Of a DNA stretch of 64,000 bases, positions 8,940 to 18,661 are shown piece after piece. The position numbers were made by a program, and so were the translations under genes. Under the pieces are notes generated by a model that was not told the origin of the DNA, made no database searches, and was given only the letters and a program-made list of their open reading frames with translations. The stretch is from an uncultured Candidatus Rokubacteria bacterium (GTDB taxonomy: Bacteria > Methylomirabilota > Methylomirabilia > Rokubacteriales > CSP1-6), in NCBI GenBank assembly GCA_963754315.1, contig CAVWFS010000018.1, forward strand, positions 856,188-920,187, written 5' to 3'. Positions within the stretch are counted from its first letter, which is position 1; the number at the start of each line of letters is the position of its first letter.

Positions 8940-10051
8940 AGGTCCTCCAGCTCATGTCGAGCCGAGGGTGGTCCTCGGACGCCTACTTGGCGGCCCGCAT
9001 GACGTGTGATCTTGCGCGGCGCGGGCACGAGGTCTGGCTGGGCTGCCGACGCGGCAGCGAGGCGCGCGTGATCGAGCGGGCGCGCGCCGAGGGCGTGGAG
9101 CGCGTCGTGACGTTCGCCTTCCGAGGTGGCCTCAGTCCTGGAGCAGACACGGCGGACGTTCGCTGCCTCCTTCGCTGGCTGCCCCGCGTCGATGCGGTTC
9201 ACGTGCACCGCGGCAAGGAGCACTGGCTGGCCGCGGTAGCCAATCGGTTGAGCCGAACGCCTCGTCCCGTGGTGCGCACCCGGCACATCGTGCAAGCCGT
9301 TCGTCCGCACGCGCCTAACCGCTGGCTCTACCGCCACGCCACGGCGCTGGTTCACACGGTCACCGAGGCGATGCGGCAGCAATACGTCGCCTCCGGCCTC
9401 TTGCCGGCAGACCGTATCGTGACTTTGCCAGGCGGAGTGGATGCGGATCGGTTCCGACCGATGCCTCCGGATCCGCATCTGCGAGCCCGTCTAGGCGCGG
9501 GTGAGGGGATGCCCTTGGTTGGCGTGATCGCAGGCTTGCGAGTCATGAAAGGCCATCACGTTCTCATCGAGGCCGCCGTGCCTCTTGCCGCGCGGAATGA
9601 CCGCCTTCGGGTAGTCCTCGTCGGCCGTGGCAGCATGGAAGCGTCCATCCGGGAGGCCCTGCGGCATCATGGTCTCGAGGCACACGTGACCCTTGCCGGA
9701 TTCGTCGAGAATCTTCCAGCAGTGCTGGCAGCCCTCGATGTCGCCCTCTACATCCCTCTCGAGTCCGAGGGCATGTCACGCGTCGTATTCGAGTACCTGG
9801 CGTCCGGATGTCCACTCATCGCGGCGCGTGTTGGCGTCGTTTCCGAAGTGCTGGTCGATCGCGAGCACGCCTTGCTGGTTCCCGGGGGCGATGCGGAGGC
9901 TCTGAGCGCGGCGCTGGCGGAGATGCTCGGCGACGTTGCGCTGCGCCGGCGCCTGGGTATCGCCGGGCGTGCGCTGATCGAGGAACGCTACGCGGGCAGC
10001 CGGGTCGCCGAGGCGCTCGAACGACAGTATGTTCGCCTGGCCGCCGCGTGA
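8936..10051 (+). CDS. Glycosyltransferase family 4
   Basis: KGHHVL, SEGMSRVVFEYLASGCP; GTGA-coupled. Confidence 0.87.
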   Translation: MKVLQLMSSRGWSSDAYLAARMTCDLARRGHEVWLGCRRGSEARVIERARAEGVERVVTFAFRGGLSPGADTADVRCLLRWLPRVDAVHVHRGKEHWLAAVANRLSRTPRPVVRTRHIVQAVRPHAPNRWLYRHATALVHTVTEAMRQQYVASGLLPADRIVTLPGGVDADRFRPMPPDPHLRARLGAGEGMPLVGVIAGLRVMKGHHVLIEAAVPLAARNDRLRVVLVGRGSMEASIREALRHHGLEAHVTLAGFVENLPAVLAALDVALYIPLESEGMSRVVFEYLASGCPLIAARVGVVSEVLVDREHALLVPGGDAEALSAALAEMLGDVALRRRLGIAGRALIEERYAGSRVAEALERQYVRLAAA

Positions 10052-11181
10052 AGGTCTCCATCGTAGCCTTCGACCTCTCGGACAACGCTACCGGCCGGGC
10101 AGACTTGCTCGCGCGACTGCTCAGCCCTCGGTATCAGACGCATGTCGTTGGGCCTCGCTTCGGGCCGGAGATCTGGCGCCCGGGACGAGACGGGGGTGTG
10201 GAGTACCGTGCTCTCGCCGCCTCCCGCTATCCTGGCTTCGCAGCACGCGTACCCGCGCTGCTCGATCTGATCGACGGAGATCTGATCTACGCCTCGAAGC
10301 TCCGGCCGACCAGCTACGGCCTGGCCCTGCTGGCGCGCGCGCGCCGCCGCCGCCCGCTCCTCGTGGACATCGACGATTGGGAGCTCGGTTTCTACTATCG
10401 ATCGGGATTGTGGCGAGGGATCGGCCGGGCGCTGAATCTCGCCAATCCGAATGGTCTTCCCTGGACATGGCTGATGGAGCGCTGTGTGAGCGGCGCCGAC
10501 GCCCGCACGGTGGCGTCGCGTTTCCTGCAGACGCGGTTCGGCGGCACCTTGATTCCCCACGTGCGCGATACCGAGGCTTGGGATCCCAGGCGCTACGACC
10601 GGCAGGCCGCCCGAGGCAAGCTCGGGCTCCAGGCGCAACCGCTGGTCATGTTTCTCGGTACGCCACGGGCTTACAAGGGCGTCGACGATCTCGTGGAGGC
10701 GGTGGCGCGCCTCGAGGATGACACGCGGCTGGCCATTGTCGGTGTCAAGCCCGCTTCGGCCGAGGCCCGGCGCTGGACGGCACGTCCCTTCGTGCGGGTG
10801 GTACCCGAGATTCCCTTCGATGAGGTTCCCCACTACTTGAGTGCGGCCGACGTGGTGGCGGTACCTCAGCGCGCCACGACCGATACGATCGGGCAGGTGC
10901 CTGCCAAGCTCTTCGACGCCATGGCCCTCGGACGACCGGTGGTCTCGACGTCCGTGTCCATGATCCCCGAGATACTGGACGGTTGTGGACTCGTTGTTCC
11001 GCCCGGAGATGTGCGGGCCCTCAGCGACGCGTTGCGTCGTCTGCTCGCCGACCGGGTGCTGGCAGAGGCGCTAGGCCGTCGCGCGCGCGCCCGCTGCGAG
11101 GAACACTACAGCTTCGGTGCCGCCCGCCGCCACTTGTTCCCCCTGCTCGACGCGCTTGCCGCGGGTCGCCGCCAGCCGTGA
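10048..11181 (+). CDS. Glycosyltransferase family 4
   Basis: YKGVDDL, PAKLFDAMALGRPVV; GTGA-coupled. Confidence 0.87.
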   Translation: MKVSIVAFDLSDNATGRADLLARLLSPRYQTHVVGPRFGPEIWRPGRDGGVEYRALAASRYPGFAARVPALLDLIDGDLIYASKLRPTSYGLALLARARRRRPLLVDIDDWELGFYYRSGLWRGIGRALNLANPNGLPWTWLMERCVSGADARTVASRFLQTRFGGTLIPHVRDTEAWDPRRYDRQAARGKLGLQAQPLVMFLGTPRAYKGVDDLVEAVARLEDDTRLAIVGVKPASAEARRWTARPFVRVVPEIPFDEVPHYLSAADVVAVPQRATTDTIGQVPAKLFDAMALGRPVVSTSVSMIPEILDGCGLVVPPGDVRALSDALRRLLADRVLAEALGRRARARCEEHYSFGAARRHLFPLLDALAAGRRQP

Positions 11182-12287
11182 GGATTCTTATCATCGCCCG
11201 GCCCTTCACGTTTCACGGTGGTGTGGAGCGCGCGACGGCCGGACTCCTGCGGGGCCTCGTCGAGTCTGGTCAGGACGTCGATCTGCTCACCCCCGGGGTT
11301 CAGATCCCCGTGCCGGGGGTCACCCTCCACCGTTTGTGGCTACCGTCGCTGCCCGCCGCGGCCCGCGTGCTGTCCCTCGCGGTTGCCGCTCGTCTGGCGG
11401 TCCGGCGCGGGCGGTGGGACGTTGTGCAGAGCCACGAACGGACGCTCGGGCAGGATGTCTACCGCGCGGGAGAGGGTTCCCACCGCGCGTACCTGGCCAG
11501 CACGGGCGAGAGGCGCGGGCGGCGTCTCTACCACGCCGTGGTGCTGGCGCTCGAACGCGAGGTCTTCGCGCGCACCCCTCGGGTCGTGGCCATCGCAGCC
11601 CGGGGCCGTGCGGAGATCGAGCGCGACTACGGCCTCTGCCGAGCTCCCATCGCGGTCGTCTACAACGGCGTTGATCTCGCGCGGTTCCATCCGAGTCAAC
11701 GGTGTCGTCACCGTTCGACTCTTCGTCGCGAGGTCGGGGTGGCGCAGGGGGCCTTCGCGCTGCTTTTCGTGGGCAGCGGCTTCGAGAGGAAAGGGCTGGC
11801 GACAGCCATCGAGGGCCTGGCGGAGCTCGAGGATGGCGAGGCACGGCTCATCGTGATCGGGAAGGGACGTCAGGGCCCCTACGTGGAGCTGGCGACCCAT
11901 CTCGGCGTTCGGGACCGAATCGTGTGGCTAGGGCCACGTGTCGACGCCGATCGTTGGTATGCGGCCGCAGATGCGGTGGTGCTCCCTACTCGATACGAAC
12001 CATTCGGCAACGTTCACCTGGAGGCCCTTGCCTCGGGCGTGCCCGTGGTGACGAGCACCCGAGCCGGCGGGGCCGAGCTCATCCAGGAAGGCCTGAACGG
12101 ATTCACCGTCGATCCGCTCGACGCGAAGGCAGTGGCCCGTGCCATCGAGCGCATCCGGAGTGCTCCCGCCGCGACGATGGCCGAGGCCGCTCGGCGGTCG
12201 GCCGAGCCCTATACGTTTGCCGCGCAGGCCGAGGGATTCATGAGGATCTACAGGGAGTTGCGCGCTGGAGTTGCCCAGAATCCTTGA
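11178..12287 (+). CDS. Glycosyltransferase family 4 (WaaG/WabG-like)
   Basis: GGVER, YNGVD, GSGFERKGL, YEPFGNVHLEALASGVPVV. Confidence 0.88.
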   Translation: MRILIIARPFTFHGGVERATAGLLRGLVESGQDVDLLTPGVQIPVPGVTLHRLWLPSLPAAARVLSLAVAARLAVRRGRWDVVQSHERTLGQDVYRAGEGSHRAYLASTGERRGRRLYHAVVLALEREVFARTPRVVAIAARGRAEIERDYGLCRAPIAVVYNGVDLARFHPSQRCRHRSTLRREVGVAQGAFALLFVGSGFERKGLATAIEGLAELEDGEARLIVIGKGRQGPYVELATHLGVRDRIVWLGPRVDADRWYAAADAVVLPTRYEPFGNVHLEALASGVPVVTSTRAGGAELIQEGLNGFTVDPLDAKAVARAIERIRSAPAATMAEAARRSAEPYTFAAQAEGFMRIYRELRAGVAQNP

Positions 12288-12312
12288 GAACGAGCCGTCG
12301 ACAGCATACACT
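12284..12312 (+). promoter_or_regulatory. Sigma70-type promoter, probably leaderless transcript of hldA
   Basis: TTGAGA(12284-89)-N17-TACACT(12307-12)-N6-GTG(12319); no SD. Confidence 0.6.
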
Positions 12313-12318
12313 TGCGCG

Positions 12319-13323
12319 GTGAACCGCGTGCGGCTCCGCTCGGCCGTGGAAGCTTTCCGAGACCGGTCCATCGCCGTGGTGGGAGATCTGATCGTCGACG
12401 AGTACTTGTCCGGCAAGCCCGCCCGCATCTCCCGCGAAGCCCCGGTTCTCATCCTGCGCTTCACCGAGCGCGACGTCCGGCTGGGCGGTGCTGCCAACGC
12501 GGCGAACAACGTCCATGCCTTGAGCGCGCGTGTCGTTCCCATCGGGGTCGTCGGGGCGGACCGGGCGGGCGACGAGATCCTTGGGCTCTTCGGAGGGGCC
12601 GGCATCAGTACGGACGGGATCGTGGTTGAACGGGGCCGTGATACGCCCGTCAAGACCCGGATCATGGCCGGAGGCTATCGGGCTACACGACAACAGGTCG
12701 TCCGCCTCGATCGTGAGCCACAGGGCGAGCTGGCCCCCGTCACCGAGGACGCGCTCCTGGAGAGGCTTGTGGCCCTCGCGGGGGACGTGGACGCGATCTT
12801 GATCTCCGACTACGGCTACGGCACGCTGTCCCCCCGCGTGTTGGAGGGCATCCGGGCCCTCGTGCGTCGGCGTGCCATCATGCTTACCGTGGACAGTCGG
12901 TACGACCTGCCACGATTCACGGGGGTGACGGCGGCCACCCCGAACGAGGCCGAGCTCGAGCAGTTGACCGGAACCGCAGTGGAGGACGAGCGCGCCGTCG
13001 AGAAGGCGGGCCGGCAGCTCCTCGAGCGCCTGAATGCCCAGATCCTCCTGGTGACGCGAGGCAGCCAGGGGATGGCGCTACTCGAGCGGGACGGCGCCAC
13101 CACGATCATCCCCATCGTCGGGACCGATGAGATCGCGGACGTCACCGGAGCCGGCGACACCGTGATCAGCGCGTTCACGGTTGCCCTCGCCTGCGGCGTC
13201 TCGCCACTCGACTCAGCCCTCCTCGCCAACATGGCGGGGGGACTCGTCGTGATGAGGCGAGGCACCGCCACCGTGTCGCGAGCCGAGCTGGCGCGGGCGG
13301 TCGATGGACGTCCCACGGCATGA
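12319..13323 (+). CDS. hldA: D-glycero-D-manno-heptose-7-phosphate kinase (RfaE domain I, PfkB family)
   Basis: [46 protein letters not shown]. Confidence 0.92.
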   Translation: MNRVRLRSAVEAFRDRSIAVVGDLIVDEYLSGKPARISREAPVLILRFTERDVRLGGAANAANNVHALSARVVPIGVVGADRAGDEILGLFGGAGISTDGIVVERGRDTPVKTRIMAGGYRATRQQVVRLDREPQGELAPVTEDALLERLVALAGDVDAILISDYGYGTLSPRVLEGIRALVRRRAIMLTVDSRYDLPRFTGVTAATPNEAELEQLTGTAVEDERAVEKAGRQLLERLNAQILLVTRGSQGMALLERDGATTIIPIVGTDEIADVTGAGDTVISAFTVALACGVSPLDSALLANMAGGLVVMRRGTATVSRAELARAVDGRPTA

Positions 13324-13351
13324 GCCCGAGCCGGATCCAGGGACGACTTCT

Positions 13352-13834
13352 GTGACGGCGCTGTTGACATTGGACGAGGCGTCCGTCGCCGCCGATACAC
13401 TGCGTCGTCAGGGGCGGCGCATTGTTCTCGCCAACGGGTGCTTCGATCTCCTCCACGTGGGCCACCTCCGCTATCTTCAGGCGGCGCGCGCCCTTGGCGA
13501 TGTCCTGTTCGTCGGGATCAACTCTGACGCTGCCGTGCAGCGTCTCAAGGGCGCCGGGCGCCCCGTGATACCGGTTCGCGAGCGGGCTGAGATCCTGGCC
13601 TCCCTCAAGAGCGTCGATCACGTTGTCGTGTTCGAGGACGACACCGCCGATAGCCTGGTGGCGGCCGTGCGCCCGGCCGTTCATGCCAAGGGCACCGACT
13701 ACACGCCAGGCGGCGTGCCCGAAGGCTCCACCGCGCGCGCCATCGGCGCCACGGTAGCCATCGTGGGTGATCCGAAGGAGCACTCGACGCGCGACCTCAT
13801 CGCGCTCATCGTGGAGCGGTTCGCGCGGCGGTGA
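13352..13834 (+). CDS. hldC: Heptose-1-phosphate adenylyltransferase (RfaE domain II); start could be 13304
   Basis: [34 protein letters not shown]. Confidence 0.92.
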   Translation: MTALLTLDEASVAADTLRRQGRRIVLANGCFDLLHVGHLRYLQAARALGDVLFVGINSDAAVQRLKGAGRPVIPVRERAEILASLKSVDHVVVFEDDTADSLVAAVRPAVHAKGTDYTPGGVPEGSTARAIGATVAIVGDPKEHSTRDLIALIVERFARR

Positions 13835-13847
13835 TCCGCGGGCGCGT

Positions 13848-14831
13848 ATGAACGTCGCCATCGTCAAGCTCTCTTCGGTGGGCGATGTCGTCCACGCGCT
13901 GCCCGTGGCGGCTGCCCTGCGCACGCGGTTCCCGCACGGGCGCATCACCTGGGTTGTCGAACGGCGCGAGGCGGTCCTGGTGGAGGGGAATCCCGACCTC
14001 GATGAGGTGGTGAGGGTCGACACACGGAGCTGGCGGCGCTTGCAGGAGCTGACCACCATCCCCGACGTGCTCGGACGTCTACGCCGCGCGCGCTTCGACG
14101 TGGCCGTCGACCTTCAGGGGAACGTGAAGAGCGGTCTCCTCACCGTGGCCACTGGCGCCCGCGTCCGCATCGGGTTCACGGCGCTCCGGTGTCGCGAGCC
14201 GGCGAACGCGCTGTTCACGAATCGGCGAGTCGAGCCGCCCGCGTCGGCTCGCCACGTCGTGGATCAACTGCTCTCACTGCTCGCTCCGTTCGGCGGGACC
14301 ACGGGCTCGCCGACGTTCTGGCTCCCATCGTCGCCGGCCGCCGAGAGGGCCGCCGAGACGTTCTTCGTGGGCCACGGCCTGAAGGAGATGGACCGCATTG
14401 TCGTGCTGAATCCGGGAGCAGGCCGCGCCGACAAGCGCTGGCCCCTCGCGCGCTTCATCGAGCTCGGGCGGCGGCTGAGGCTGGAAATGGGCGCCACGGT
14501 TGTGGTGGCATGGGGCCCCTCTGAATTTGATCACGCGCGCGCGCTCGCCGAAGGAGCCGGAGCGCTGCTGGCGCCGCCGACGAGCCTTGAGGGGCTCCTC
14601 GCCCTGCTGCGCCGGATCAGCGTGATGGTGGCCGCGGACACCGGCCCGCTCCACATGGCCGCCGCGCTCGGGATCCCCTGTGTTGGCCTCTATGGACCGA
14701 CCGATCCGGCCCGCAACGGACCCTACGGCCCCGGGCATCGAACCCTGCACGCCCCCGAGGGCACCATGGACTCCTTGACGGCCGACACGGTGGCGAGAGT
14801 GGTGCTCGACCTGGTCGATGAGCGCCGGTGA
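13848..14831 (+). CDS. waaC: LPS heptosyltransferase I (GT9)
   Basis: IVKLSSVGDVVH, DLQGNVKS, KRWP, DTGPLHMAAA, YGPTDP. Confidence 0.87.
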   Translation: MNVAIVKLSSVGDVVHALPVAAALRTRFPHGRITWVVERREAVLVEGNPDLDEVVRVDTRSWRRLQELTTIPDVLGRLRRARFDVAVDLQGNVKSGLLTVATGARVRIGFTALRCREPANALFTNRRVEPPASARHVVDQLLSLLAPFGGTTGSPTFWLPSSPAAERAAETFFVGHGLKEMDRIVVLNPGAGRADKRWPLARFIELGRRLRLEMGATVVVAWGPSEFDHARALAEGAGALLAPPTSLEGLLALLRRISVMVAADTGPLHMAAALGIPCVGLYGPTDPARNGPYGPGHRTLHAPEGTMDSLTADTVARVVLDLVDERR

Positions 14832-15586
14832 CCAACTCGCGCAAGACATGCTCGGCGGTGGTCATAACCTGGAATGAAGAGGAGCGCCTGCGCGCGTGCC
14901 TGGCCAGCCTGGCCTGGGTCGACGAGATCGTCGTGGTCGATGCTGAGTCACACGACAAGACGGTCGAGGTGGCCCGGGAGTTCACCGACCGGATCCTCGT
15001 GCAGCCCTGGCTGGGTTTCGCCGCCCAGAAGAACTTCGCCGTGGACCAGGCCCGGGGAGAGTGGATCCTGTCGGTCGACGCCGACGAGGAAGTCAGTCTC
15101 GAGCTGCGCGGGGAGGTCGAGGCGATTCTGGCTGCACCAGTGACCGCCGCCGGCTACGCCGTCCCGCGTCGTAACATCTTCTGGGATCGATGGATCCGTC
15201 ATGGGGGACTCTATCCAGACTGGCAGACACGACTGTTCCAGCGCGGCCAGGGGCGCTTCGTCCAGCGCGCGGTGCACGAGTCGGTGGAGATCGCGGGCCC
15301 GCTGGCTCGCCTGCGCGGCCCGCTCGTGCACAAGAGCTATCGGAGCATCGGTGAGTTCCTGGAGCGGGCCAACCGCTACTCGTCCCTGGCTGCTGACGAT
15401 CTCGCTCGGAGCGGGACACGGGTAGGAGGCGGGCAGGTGGTCCTGCGGCCCCTGGGCCGCTTCCTGAGCATGTACCTGCTTCGGCGCGGATTTCTCGACG
15501 GGATGCCGGGACTTCTTCTGGCCGGGCTCTACGCGTACTATGTTTTCATTCGTTGCGCGAAGCTCTGGGAGAAGACGAGGCGCTGA
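14828..15586 (+). CDS. Glycosyltransferase family 2 (WaaE/KdtX-like)
   Basis: ITWNEE, VVVDAES, QKNFA, DADE, VHE, GFLDG. Confidence 0.88.
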   Translation: MTNSRKTCSAVVITWNEEERLRACLASLAWVDEIVVVDAESHDKTVEVAREFTDRILVQPWLGFAAQKNFAVDQARGEWILSVDADEEVSLELRGEVEAILAAPVTAAGYAVPRRNIFWDRWIRHGGLYPDWQTRLFQRGQGRFVQRAVHESVEIAGPLARLRGPLVHKSYRSIGEFLERANRYSSLAADDLARSGTRVGGGQVVLRPLGRFLSMYLLRRGFLDGMPGLLLAGLYAYYVFIRCAKLWEKTRR

Positions 15587-16575
15587 TGGCACACGTTCGG
15601 GACCGGGTCCTGTCCGGTATGCGACCGACTGGGAAGGTACACCTGGGCAACTATCTGGGGGCACTCGACAACTGGGTTCGACTTCAAGAATCGGCTGACT
15701 GCTTCTTTTTCGTGGCCGACTGGCATCTGCTGACCGATCATCTCGACACGCGCGAGGTCCCATCCAACACGATAGAGATGATGGCGGATTGGCTGGGGGC
15801 GGGACTCGATCCCGAGCGCAGTGTGTTGTTCCTTCAGTCTCTCGTGCCCGAGCATGCGGAGCTGCACTTGCTGTTTTCGATGGTGACCCCGGTGAGCTGG
15901 CTCGAGCGCGTGCCCACCTACAAGGAGCGCATCGAGCAGCAGGAGATTGCTTCCCCTTCCTACGGTCTCCTGGGCTACCCACTCTTACAATCCGCTGACA
16001 TCCTGATGTACAAGGCACGTTGGGTGCCCGTCGGTATCGACCAGGTACCGCACATCGAGCTCACGCGCGAGGTGGCTCGCCGCTTCAACAATGCCTTCGG
16101 ACCGGTCTTCCCCGAGCCCGACGCCCTGCTGACCGTGATCCCGAAAGTGACCGGTACCGACGGCCGGAAGATGTCGAAGTCGCTCGACAATTGCATCTAC
16201 CTCTCCGACACGCCCGAGACCGTCGTGAAGAAGATCAAGCCGATGGTGACCGACCCCGCGCGCAAGCGACGCACCGACCCCGGCGATCCAGAGGTCTGTC
16301 CGGTGTACGATCTGCACAAGATCTTCTCTCCGGCGCCTGAGCGGACGACGGTGGCCACAGGCTGCCGGACGGCCAGCATCGGCTGCCTCGATTGCAAAGA
16401 CGTCCTCTTGCGACATCTGCTGCCGACCTTGGATCCGATTCGCGAGCGGCGTCAGAGTTTTGCCGACAAACCTGAGCGGATCATCGATATCCTGCACGAA
16501 GGGTCGCGGCGAGCCCGGGCGGTGGCGGCCGGGACGATGGACGAGGTGCGTCGCGCCGTCCGCCTCACTCCGTGA
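15586..16575 (+). CDS. trpS: Tryptophanyl-tRNA synthetase
   Basis: SGMRPTG-HLGNY (HIGH), YPLLQSADI, PVGIDQ, KMSKS. Confidence 0.97.
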   Translation: MAHVRDRVLSGMRPTGKVHLGNYLGALDNWVRLQESADCFFFVADWHLLTDHLDTREVPSNTIEMMADWLGAGLDPERSVLFLQSLVPEHAELHLLFSMVTPVSWLERVPTYKERIEQQEIASPSYGLLGYPLLQSADILMYKARWVPVGIDQVPHIELTREVARRFNNAFGPVFPEPDALLTVIPKVTGTDGRKMSKSLDNCIYLSDTPETVVKKIKPMVTDPARKRRTDPGDPEVCPVYDLHKIFSPAPERTTVATGCRTASIGCLDCKDVLLRHLLPTLDPIRERRQSFADKPERIIDILHEGSRRARAVAAGTMDEVRRAVRLTP

Positions 16576-17324
16576 GCACCGTTGAGTCCCCAGGGGGACT
16601 GACGCTCCGAGTCGGAGACTTCGAGGGTCCTCTCGATCTCCTCCTGCACTTGGCCCGGAGCCAGGAAATCGATCTGGCGACCTTGCCGGTTCGCGCCATC
16701 ACCGATCAGTATCTTGCCCACCTGGAGGCGATGGAGTTTCGCGACCTGGAAATGGCCGGTGCCTATCTGGTCATGGCGGCCACTCTCGTCTACCTGAAGT
16801 CGAAGCTCCTTGTCCCGCCGGATCCGTCGGCGGAGGAGATGCTCGATGAGGAAGGAGAGGCCCTGCGCCTCGAGCTGGAGGAGCGACTGCGCGAGTACGC
16901 CCGGGTCAAGGTGGCCGGAGTGTGGCTCGCGGAGCGAGAGGCCGAGGAAGCGTTGCGCTGGGGGCGGCCGGGGAGCACGTTACCTCCGATCGAGGATATC
17001 CCGCTGGAGGACCTCAGCGTCCACCTGCTCGAGCGTACCGTGCGCCGGCTCATCGAGGAGCAGCGGCGCCGACGTCCACGCGAGGTCGAAGCCAACCCGC
17101 CTTCCGTCCTCGAGCGCATGACGGAGATCCTCTCCGTTCTCCGTGACGCCTGGTCACTCCTCTTCTCGTCGCTCCTCGGCCAAGAGCGGCAGCGTTCCGA
17201 GATTGTGGTCAGCCTGTTGGCTGTCCTCGAGTTGGTGCGGCTCGGTCATGTCCGCGCGCAGCAAACGGAGCTGTTCGGAGAGATCGTCATCGAACGCCAG
17301 ACGGAGAGACCGCCCAATGCCTGA
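16572..17324 (+). CDS. scpA: Segregation/condensation protein A
   Basis: FEGPLDLLLHL, ITDQYL, KSKLL, FGEI. Confidence 0.93.
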   Translation: MSTVESPGGLTLRVGDFEGPLDLLLHLARSQEIDLATLPVRAITDQYLAHLEAMEFRDLEMAGAYLVMAATLVYLKSKLLVPPDPSAEEMLDEEGEALRLELEERLREYARVKVAGVWLAEREAEEALRWGRPGSTLPPIEDIPLEDLSVHLLERTVRRLIEEQRRRRPREVEANPPSVLERMTEILSVLRDAWSLLFSSLLGQERQRSEIVVSLLAVLELVRLGHVRAQQTELFGEIVIERQTERPPNA

Positions 17325-17943
17325 GCCGATCGACATCGTGGAGGGGCTCCTCTTCGCTTCCGATGTGCCGCTGGAGGCGGAACGGATCCGCGAGGTGCTC
17401 GACCTCGCGAGCGTGGCCGATGTCCACGCCTTGATGGCCGCCCTCAAGGAGCGCTACGAGCGCGACGAGCATGCGCTCGAGGTGACGGAGGTGGGCGGGG
17501 GCTATCGCATGGTCACCCGGCCCGCCCTCGCCCCGTGGCTCGTGCGTCTGGCGCGGACTCGAACACGGGTACGTCTTTCCCGGGCAGCCCTGGAGGCTCT
17601 TGCCATTGTGGCGTACAAGCAACCAGTATCGCGGCCCGAGATCGACGGGGTACGTGGGGTCAACTCGGAGGGCGTGCTCGACAACCTCCTCGAGCGCCGT
17701 CTTGTGCGCATCGCGGGCCGCAAGGACGCTCCCGGCCGACCCTACCTGTTCGAGACGACACGGGAGTTCCTGGTCGCCTTCGGCCTCCGCGATCTCGATG
17801 ATCTTCCGAAGGTCGAGGATGAGCTGGTGCTCCCCCAACCCGCGGCAGAAGAGACGGCGACGGGAGCGGAGGCGGGCGATGGCCAAGCTCCGGCTGAACA
17901 AGATCCTAGCGCAGGCGGGTCTGACCTCGCGGCGGGGCGGTGA
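17317..17943 (+). CDS. scpB: SMC-Scp complex subunit B
   Basis: LSRAALEALAIVAYKQPVSRPEIDGVRGV, GRPYLF, FGL..LDDLP. Confidence 0.95.
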   Translation: MPEPIDIVEGLLFASDVPLEAERIREVLDLASVADVHALMAALKERYERDEHALEVTEVGGGYRMVTRPALAPWLVRLARTRTRVRLSRAALEALAIVAYKQPVSRPEIDGVRGVNSEGVLDNLLERRLVRIAGRKDAPGRPYLFETTREFLVAFGLRDLDDLPKVEDELVLPQPAAEETATGAEAGDGQAPAEQDPSAGGSDLAAGR

Positions 17944-18598
17944 CCGTCTGATTCTCGAGGGTCGCGTGGCGGTGAACGGCACCGTCACGCGAGAGCCGGG
18001 CACGTTGGCCGAGCCGGGCACTGACCTGATCACCGTCGACGGTCGTCCGCTCCCGGCCCCAGAGACCCTGCACTATGTGCTCTTGCACAAGCCGCGCGGT
18101 TACCTCGCCACGCGCCGCGATCCCCGCGGCCGCCCTGTGGTCACGGACCTGGTCGGGGCACCCGTACGCCTCTATCCCGTGGGTCGGCTCGACTACGACG
18201 TCGAAGGAGTGCTCCTCTTGACCAACGACGGGCCGCTGACCCATCGTCTTCTCCACCCCAAGTATCAGATCACGAGGGTCTACGAAGCCACCGTGCGTGG
18301 CCGGGTGACCGCTGGGGAGGCTCGACGGTGGTCGCGCGGGGTGATGCTCGAGGACGGTCCCGCCCGACCTACCGACGTACAGATCCTCAAGACGGCTACC
18401 GAGACGAGCCGGTTGCGTCTGACCTTTACCGAGGGCCGCAAGCACGAGATCAAGCGGTACTGCGAAGCACTCGGCCATCCCGTTGTGCTACTGCGCCGTG
18501 TCGCGTTTGGACCGATCCGGCTCGGTAACTTGCCGGCCGGCCGGAGCCGCTCGCTGACCGGAGCCGAGATCCGTTCGTTGCGGGCGGCCGTCGTTTGA
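17879..18598 (+). CDS. rluB: rRNA pseudouridine synthase (RluB/RsuA family, S4 domain)
   Basis: RLNKILAQAG..SRR, HKPRG, PVGRLDYD, EGRKHEIKR. Confidence 0.9.
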   Translation: MAKLRLNKILAQAGLTSRRGGDRLILEGRVAVNGTVTREPGTLAEPGTDLITVDGRPLPAPETLHYVLLHKPRGYLATRRDPRGRPVVTDLVGAPVRLYPVGRLDYDVEGVLLLTNDGPLTHRLLHPKYQITRVYEATVRGRVTAGEARRWSRGVMLEDGPARPTDVQILKTATETSRLRLTFTEGRKHEIKRYCEALGHPVVLLRRVAFGPIRLGNLPAGRSRSLTGAEIRSLRAAVV

Positions 18599-18625
18599 CA
18601 TGGGTGTGGATGGTTTGCCTATAAT
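18595..18625 (+). promoter_or_regulatory. Consensus sigma70 promoter upstream of pheA, 19-bp spacer
   Basis: TTGACA 18595-18600 and TATAAT 18620-18625. Confidence 0.7.
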
Positions 18626-18661
18626 GCGTGGTCCGCGAGAGCGACCGCGGCGGGAGTCTCT

